DNA of 64,000 nucleotides from an uncultured Rhodospirillaceae bacterium (GTDB taxonomy: Bacteria > Pseudomonadota > Alphaproteobacteria > Rhodospirillales > UBA2165). Shown here one piece after another: positions 59,792-64,000 of the stretch. Under the pieces are notes generated by a model. The model was not told where the DNA came from, did not search any database, and saw only the letters and a list, made by a program, of their open reading frames with translations. The stretch lies in contig CAZXSC010000002.1 in NCBI GenBank assembly GCA_964643045.1, positions 25,806 through 89,805 on the forward strand. The letters run 5' to 3'. The position numbers and the translations under genes were made by a program. Positions within the stretch are counted from its first letter, which is position 1. Every line of letters begins with the position of its first letter.

Positions 59792-60958
59792 TTAACGCGG
59801 AAATAAATCTTTCATTCGGGATTGGATCTGAGGTGAAATAAAGTCTTCTATGGGCCCCAAAAAAGATTTTAAATGAACCATCGTTAGTGGATCAGTCATA
59901 GGTGCTTTCTGAACAATCGCATCCGCAGCTTCATAGGCCGCCTGTACAAAATGCACAGCATTTTGGCTTACTTCTTCCCAATTCCCTACCGTGTTAGCCA
60001 AAAAATAGACCGGCTGACTTAAGAATAAACGGTGCCGAATATTCGTATTATTTACAATAAAATGCGCCATCCTTTCTACAGATAAAGGTCCTGTCTTCGC
60101 GCTGTTAGCACGGTATCCTGTTGGAGAGACTTTACAAAGCAATATTTCATCCGAGTCACGAGATAAATGGATGGCTCGATCATCCGCAACAGCCCGAAAA
60201 ACGTAATCATAGTCCATTGTCGAAAAATACTTAATTCCACTTTCAGCCGTCAACAAATCTGGCTCAATCATCAAAGGATGTGGAAACAAACATTGCGTTA
60301 TTACTCCTGTCCTAACCTTTTCTTTTCCCGAAAAATTATGCACCCACCAATTAACTTGGGACGGATACACGGTAGAACGTTTCGTGCCCATAAAATATGC
60401 TTCAAATATGGGATGCATTTCCTCGAGACACAAACGTACTAAATTTCGAGCCTCCAAATAAAAAGACAAGTTCCTATGCAACAAAGTAGTGGCGCTTTCT
60501 GCGTTTAATCGCAATAGTGGGGCCATCACAGCACGCTTGCCCTGCCGCCGAAGTTTATGCATTTGAGCCAAGGTGCCGTCAGCGACTATAAAATCTGAGT
60601 CAAGAAGTATAGCCGCCGAATCTTCGAGGCGAGATAACATATGGCTTGATGTAATACGCTGAACATTATGCTTAACCGTAGCAAAATCAGAATTCTCAAT
60701 AGCTTCCTCTAAATTGCCATTACCGTACATTATCTGGTCAAAAAAATAAAAATGGACTTCTGCAAATTCTGACAGCTCTTCCACACCAGCGCTAAAATAC
60801 TTGTGTGACACTCTGTCTGTATAGATGTGATAATGGATTTTAGCGTCATTGGATACCGTAGGCAGATTACCCTCAGCCAACTGAGACCTTAGTGATAAGT
60901 CAATAAACTTATCAACAAAGCTCTTTCCCCAAACTGTAACAAAAACATCATAACGCAC
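59792..60958 (-). CDS. Hypothetical protein, possibly GT-A-like (DxD-containing) glycosyltransferase
   Basis: 388 aa with a GTG start. N-terminal YDVFVTVWGKSFVDKFIDLSLRSQLAEGNLP and LLDSDFIVADG (DxD-like). The assignment is weak. Confidence 0.4.
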   Translation of the reverse strand: MRYDVFVTVWGKSFVDKFIDLSLRSQLAEGNLPTVSNDAKIHYHIYTDRVSHKYFSAGVEELSEFAEVHFYFFDQIMYGNGNLEEAIENSDFATVKHNVQRITSSHMLSRLEDSAAILLDSDFIVADGTLAQMHKLRRQGKRAVMAPLLRLNAESATTLLHRNLSFYLEARNLVRLCLEEMHPIFEAYFMGTKRSTVYPSQVNWWVHNFSGKEKVRTGVITQCLFPHPLMIEPDLLTAESGIKYFSTMDYDYVFRAVADDRAIHLSRDSDEILLCKVSPTGYRANSAKTGPLSVERMAHFIVNNTNIRHRLFLSQPVYFLANTVGNWEEVSQNAVHFVQAAYEAADAIVQKAPMTDPLTMVHLKSFLGPIEDFISPQIQSRMKDLFPR

Positions 60959-61068
60959 CCGGCTACCTACTCTATTCCGGTTAAAGTGGAGCCTCCACTC
61001 TTATCAAGATCAAGCGCCATTTCATCCTCTCCATTTGAATTTAGTGCTTTATCGAGTTTATTTGGGTC

Positions 61069-61635
61069 CTATTTTTCCCTTGTAACCAGTGTCTGTACGG
61101 CGGGGCGCTTATCGATAAGACCAGCAGCTTTCAAATCATCCATACCGGGCAGATCATCTATACTTTCCATGCCAAACTGATCAAGAAAACCCTCAGTCGT
61201 ACCCCAAGTTGTTGGTCTCCCTGGTGTACGCCTGCGACCTCGCGGCCGGATCCAACCTGCCTCAAAAAGCACATCCATAGTACCTTTACTTAGGCTAACT
61301 CCGCGAATTTCCTCAATCTCTGCTCGAGTAACTGGTTGATGGTAAGCACAAATAGCCAAAGTTTCTATTGCCGCACGGGACAATTTCCGGCTGACGGTAC
61401 GATCAACCATTAAAGCCTGCGCAATATCTGGGTCAGTTCGAAATGCCCAACTTTTTCCTCTTTGAACAAGATTAACTCCACGGTTCGCGTAATAACATTT
61501 AAGCTCCCCAAGCAAACCATCAAGATCTATGTTATCAGGCATCTTCTCCTCAAGAACCCTCTTAGGTACTGGCTCCGCGGATGCGAAGATCAAGGCTTCT
61601 AATATTTTTAGATGCTGTTCATTAATATTACCCAT
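61069..61635 (-). CDS. scpB: Segregation and condensation protein B
   Basis: LEALIFASAEPV, ICAYHQPVTRAEIEEIRGV, and GRPTTWGTTEGFLDQFGM. Confidence 0.9.
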   Translation of the reverse strand: MGNINEQHLKILEALIFASAEPVPKRVLEEKMPDNIDLDGLLGELKCYYANRGVNLVQRGKSWAFRTDPDIAQALMVDRTVSRKLSRAAIETLAICAYHQPVTRAEIEEIRGVSLSKGTMDVLFEAGWIRPRGRRRTPGRPTTWGTTEGFLDQFGMESIDDLPGMDDLKAAGLIDKRPAVQTLVTREK

Positions 61636-61690
61636 GATATCTTAATCTCTTTTTAAATTAATAAACGTTTTGTTATGAATTTCTATTTTC

Positions 61691-62485
61691 CTAGTGATTA
61701 ATATCTTTAACAAAAATAGGTTCAAACGCAGAACCCTGTCTTATGAGCATTTTTCCTTCTTTAGCCATCTGTAAAGCCGCTGCAAATGTCGATGCGATTG
61801 CTGAACGGCCAATAATGTCGTTCTGAAGATTTATGGGTAGGAATTTCTCCAGACTAGTCCAGGCTGGTATCTTGCCAACCATATTAATCATACGCTGAAT
61901 AGCATCATCAACAGAAAATAAATCGGAGCCCTCAATGTATAATGTTTTAATGTTCGAACGATGGGTATGTTCTCCATATGCACTCAGAAGATCAAACAAT
62001 GTAACATCATAAATCGACGTAGAATTATATCCAAATTTCTCTGGATCGCCGCGCTTATAGAAATCTTGGCCAAGTTGATTGCGGCAAATAACTTGAGCTC
62101 CTGAGTTTTGCATACTTTCTAATCTACGGAGCTGAAACTGCAATGCTTCGGCCATTTCTCGACCAGTTGGCTCTTCTTCAAGCGACATATCCGGTATCAA
62201 CAATCTCGACTTGAGATAAGCTAACCAAGCCGCCATCACTAGGTAATCTGCCGCAAGTTCTAAATTAGAACTACTTATTTCCGCAACCCAGCTCAGATAC
62301 TGTTCAGCCAATTCTAAAATCGAAATATGTGCAAGATCAACCTTTTGGTCGCGAGCCAAAGTTAAAAGGGCATCAATTGGTCCCTCAAAACCAACAACAT
62401 CAAGAACAAACTCGGTTCCCATTGGTTGGGCGACAGTTTCCGAGTCTTCAAATTCGTTTATGGCCAAATTAATATCATCTCCCAT
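61691..62485 (-). CDS. scpA: Segregation and condensation protein A
   Basis: FEGPIDALLTLARDQKVDLAHISILELAEQY, and AAWLAYLKSRLLIP. Confidence 0.9.
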   Translation of the reverse strand: MGDDINLAINEFEDSETVAQPMGTEFVLDVVGFEGPIDALLTLARDQKVDLAHISILELAEQYLSWVAEISSSNLELAADYLVMAAWLAYLKSRLLIPDMSLEEEPTGREMAEALQFQLRRLESMQNSGAQVICRNQLGQDFYKRGDPEKFGYNSTSIYDVTLFDLLSAYGEHTHRSNIKTLYIEGSDLFSVDDAIQRMINMVGKIPAWTSLEKFLPINLQNDIIGRSAIASTFAAALQMAKEGKMLIRQGSAFEPIFVKDINH

Positions 62486-62488
62486 ATA

Positions 62489-63178
62489 TTACATCACACC
62501 TATTACATTTATTAAAAAACTTGCCAATTCAGTTGCTGGTATAACGATGACCCACATAAATATATTTAAATCAAAGCCCAACTGATCGCCAACCCACGGC
62601 AACAAAAATAATGCACATAAGATAATACTAAACCCAACTCGCTCCAACCGTTCAAATCGCTGGGCTATCACTGGAGGTAAAATTCCGATTACTGCACGCC
62701 CTCCATCAAGCGGCAAGATCGGAATCATATTGAAAATACAAAGGATTAGATTGAAAAAAATTAAAATCATAAGATTATCTATTATCCAACTTTGTAAAAA
62801 AATAGGTGCCAACTGAACAAGATTAAGTAGCAGGGCAGCAATAATCGCGAGAATCAAATTTGAGGCAGGCCCAGCAAGAGCAACCAGCACCGTATCTCTT
62901 CGGGGTTTCGAAAGTGCAAAAAAATTTACTGGCACTGGTTTCGCGTAACCAAAGCAAAGTTTGCCTCCAGAAAATAGCAATAAAAATGCCGGCAAAAAAA
63001 GAGTTCCAAAAAGATCTAAATGCTTGATAGGATTTAAGGTAATTCGACCATGGAGAAATGCTGTATCGTCTCCCAATTTCCATGCAATCCATCCATGTGC
63101 TATTTCATGCAAAGTCACCGAAATGATAATTGGAAAAACCCAGACAGATATCTTATAAAAAATAACATACACATCCAT
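62489..63178 (-). CDS. M50 / site-2-protease-family zinc metalloprotease
   Basis: 229 aa, multi-TM. HEIAHG zinc motif and a downstream PLDGGR motif. Confidence 0.8.
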   Translation of the reverse strand: MDVYVIFYKISVWVFPIIISVTLHEIAHGWIAWKLGDDTAFLHGRITLNPIKHLDLFGTLFLPAFLLLFSGGKLCFGYAKPVPVNFFALSKPRRDTVLVALAGPASNLILAIIAALLLNLVQLAPIFLQSWIIDNLMILIFFNLILCIFNMIPILPLDGGRAVIGILPPVIAQRFERLERVGFSIILCALFLLPWVGDQLGFDLNIFMWVIVIPATELASFLINVIGVM

Positions 63179-63181
63179 ATC

Positions 63182-64000
63182 TTAACCTATTCCAAGTTCG
63201 GTTAAACGCTCGAAAGCCTCTATCTTATCCAGAATGCCAGACACTTCAGTTCGCGCTAATGCACTGTGTACCCGATTACAAGATTCGTCTGGAAGTTGAT
63301 AAATTACATCCGCAATTTCCAACATTTCCGACATATCACCGTTACAGTGCAATACTATGTCGCAGCCAGCTTCAAGTGAAGCCCTCGCCCGTTCGGCTAA
63401 GCTTCCCTTTAACGCCCGCATTGACAAATCATCTGATATCAGTATGCCCCTAAAGCCAATTTCTTTACGAATGACATCTTGGATAATCTTGCGAGAGATC
63501 GTTGCGGGGTAATTTGCATCTATAGCGCTATAAATGATATGTGCCGTCATAGCGAATGGCATGTCTCTCAATAGTTTGAACGGCAAAAAGTCAGTTTGAG
63601 ATAAATCCTCCCAATCTGCCGTCACAATTGGGAGAATTTTATGACTATCAACGTTAGCCCGCCCATGACCTGGAATATGCTTAATGATCGGCAGAACCCC
63701 TTCCTGCATCAAACTATCACATACAATTCTTCCCAAGGTCGATACCTGTTGTACGTCAGTGCCAAGTGCCCGATCACCAATGATAGGATCAACCTCTCCT
63801 AAAGGAACGTCCAGTAAAGGCAAGCAGTTCACATTTATGCCGAGCTCACGCAGTTCGTGGCCAATTAAGCGGATATTCAAATTTAAGGCCTCACAAGCTA
63901 GTCCAACATCCTTATTAGCTAATTCTGCAAACACCTTTGCTGCTGGCGGATCTCTCCAATGAGGAGCACCAAGCCGCACTACGCGGCCACCTTCTTGATC
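63182..64000 (-). CDS. nagZ: Beta-N-acetylhexosaminidase NagZ (3' part only; N-terminus beyond window end)
   Basis: IIKHIPGHGRANVDSH, FRGILISDDLSM. The frame stays open through position 64000. Confidence 0.88.
   Translation of the reverse strand, partial: DQEGGRVVRLGAPHWRDPPAAKVFAELANKDVGLACEALNLNIRLIGHELRELGINVNCLPLLDVPLGEVDPIIGDRALGTDVQQVSTLGRIVCDSLMQEGVLPIIKHIPGHGRANVDSHKILPIVTADWEDLSQTDFLPFKLLRDMPFAMTAHIIYSAIDANYPATISRKIIQDVIRKEIGFRGILISDDLSMRALKGSLAERARASLEAGCDIVLHCNGDMSEMLEIADVIYQLPDESCNRVHSALARTEVSGILDKIEAFERLTELGIG

Noticed and set aside
60985-60999. The 15-nt palindrome AGTGGAGCCTCCACT between scpB and the downstream hypothetical gene.
   Set aside because: It could be a weak terminator (6-bp stem, 3-nt loop) or an operator. 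It occurs once, lacks a following T-tract, and has no associated regulator gene, so it does not support a feature call. It is mentioned only in the synteny finding.
1-64000. CRISPR arrays, IS elements or transposases, toxin-antitoxin pairs, restriction-modification and other known defence modules, rRNA, tmRNA, RNase P and SRP RNAs.
   Set aside because: Scanning intergenic regions and the ORF list, I found no regularly spaced direct repeats, no transposase or integrase-like ORFs, and no nuclease, helicase or methylase combinations. No intergenic region has the conserved cores of these RNAs. Small or degenerate elements could still be missed without computational search.

Overview
This is a 64-kb chromosomal segment that looks alphaproteobacterial, roughly 40% G+C by eye. 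All calls come from reading the supplied translations and my own hand translations. No database search was possible, so family names rest on recognised motifs.

The backbone is housekeeping, in blocks whose order is typical of Alphaproteobacteria:
- ung and ald
- tRNA-Lys, coaD and gyrA
- ssb divergent from uvrA, then trmFO
- an Mth938-like gene, secF, secD and yajC, divergent from a DUF815 ATPase
- nlpD-like, pcm, surE, serS, tatC, tatB, tatA
- scpB, scpA, an M50 protease and nagZ

Accessory blocks are interspersed:
1. 1-12.7 kb is an oxygenase, TPP-enzyme and amidase cluster. It carries a BT1-type transporter and is interrupted by an AT-rich methyltransferase plus GT2 pair.
2. 18.7-22.3 kb is a tightly coupled operon of two paralogous RdhA/QueG-like double-[4Fe-4S] proteins plus an acyl-CoA synthetase. 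I consider it the best candidate for an uncharacterised system.
3. 36.5-38.8 kb encodes a membrane-anchored protein with ankyrin repeats and a lysine-rich region.
4. 41.6-44.9 kb holds acyl-CoA dehydrogenase and Zn-alcohol-dehydrogenase genes.
5. 44.9-49.2 kb is a three-gene glycosyltransferase island with no export or polymerase genes.
6. 59.4-61.0 kb is a two-gene insertion between scpB and tatA.

Two genes are missing from the ORF track. One is a 5'-proximal Rieske oxygenase alpha subunit that runs off the window start. The other is a well-conserved Mth938-like gene (49190-49573, minus strand) with no canonical start codon.

I saw no CRISPR array, IS element, integrase, phage gene, rRNA or recognisable defence gene. 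Apart from a BolA-family protein, I saw no transcription-factor gene.
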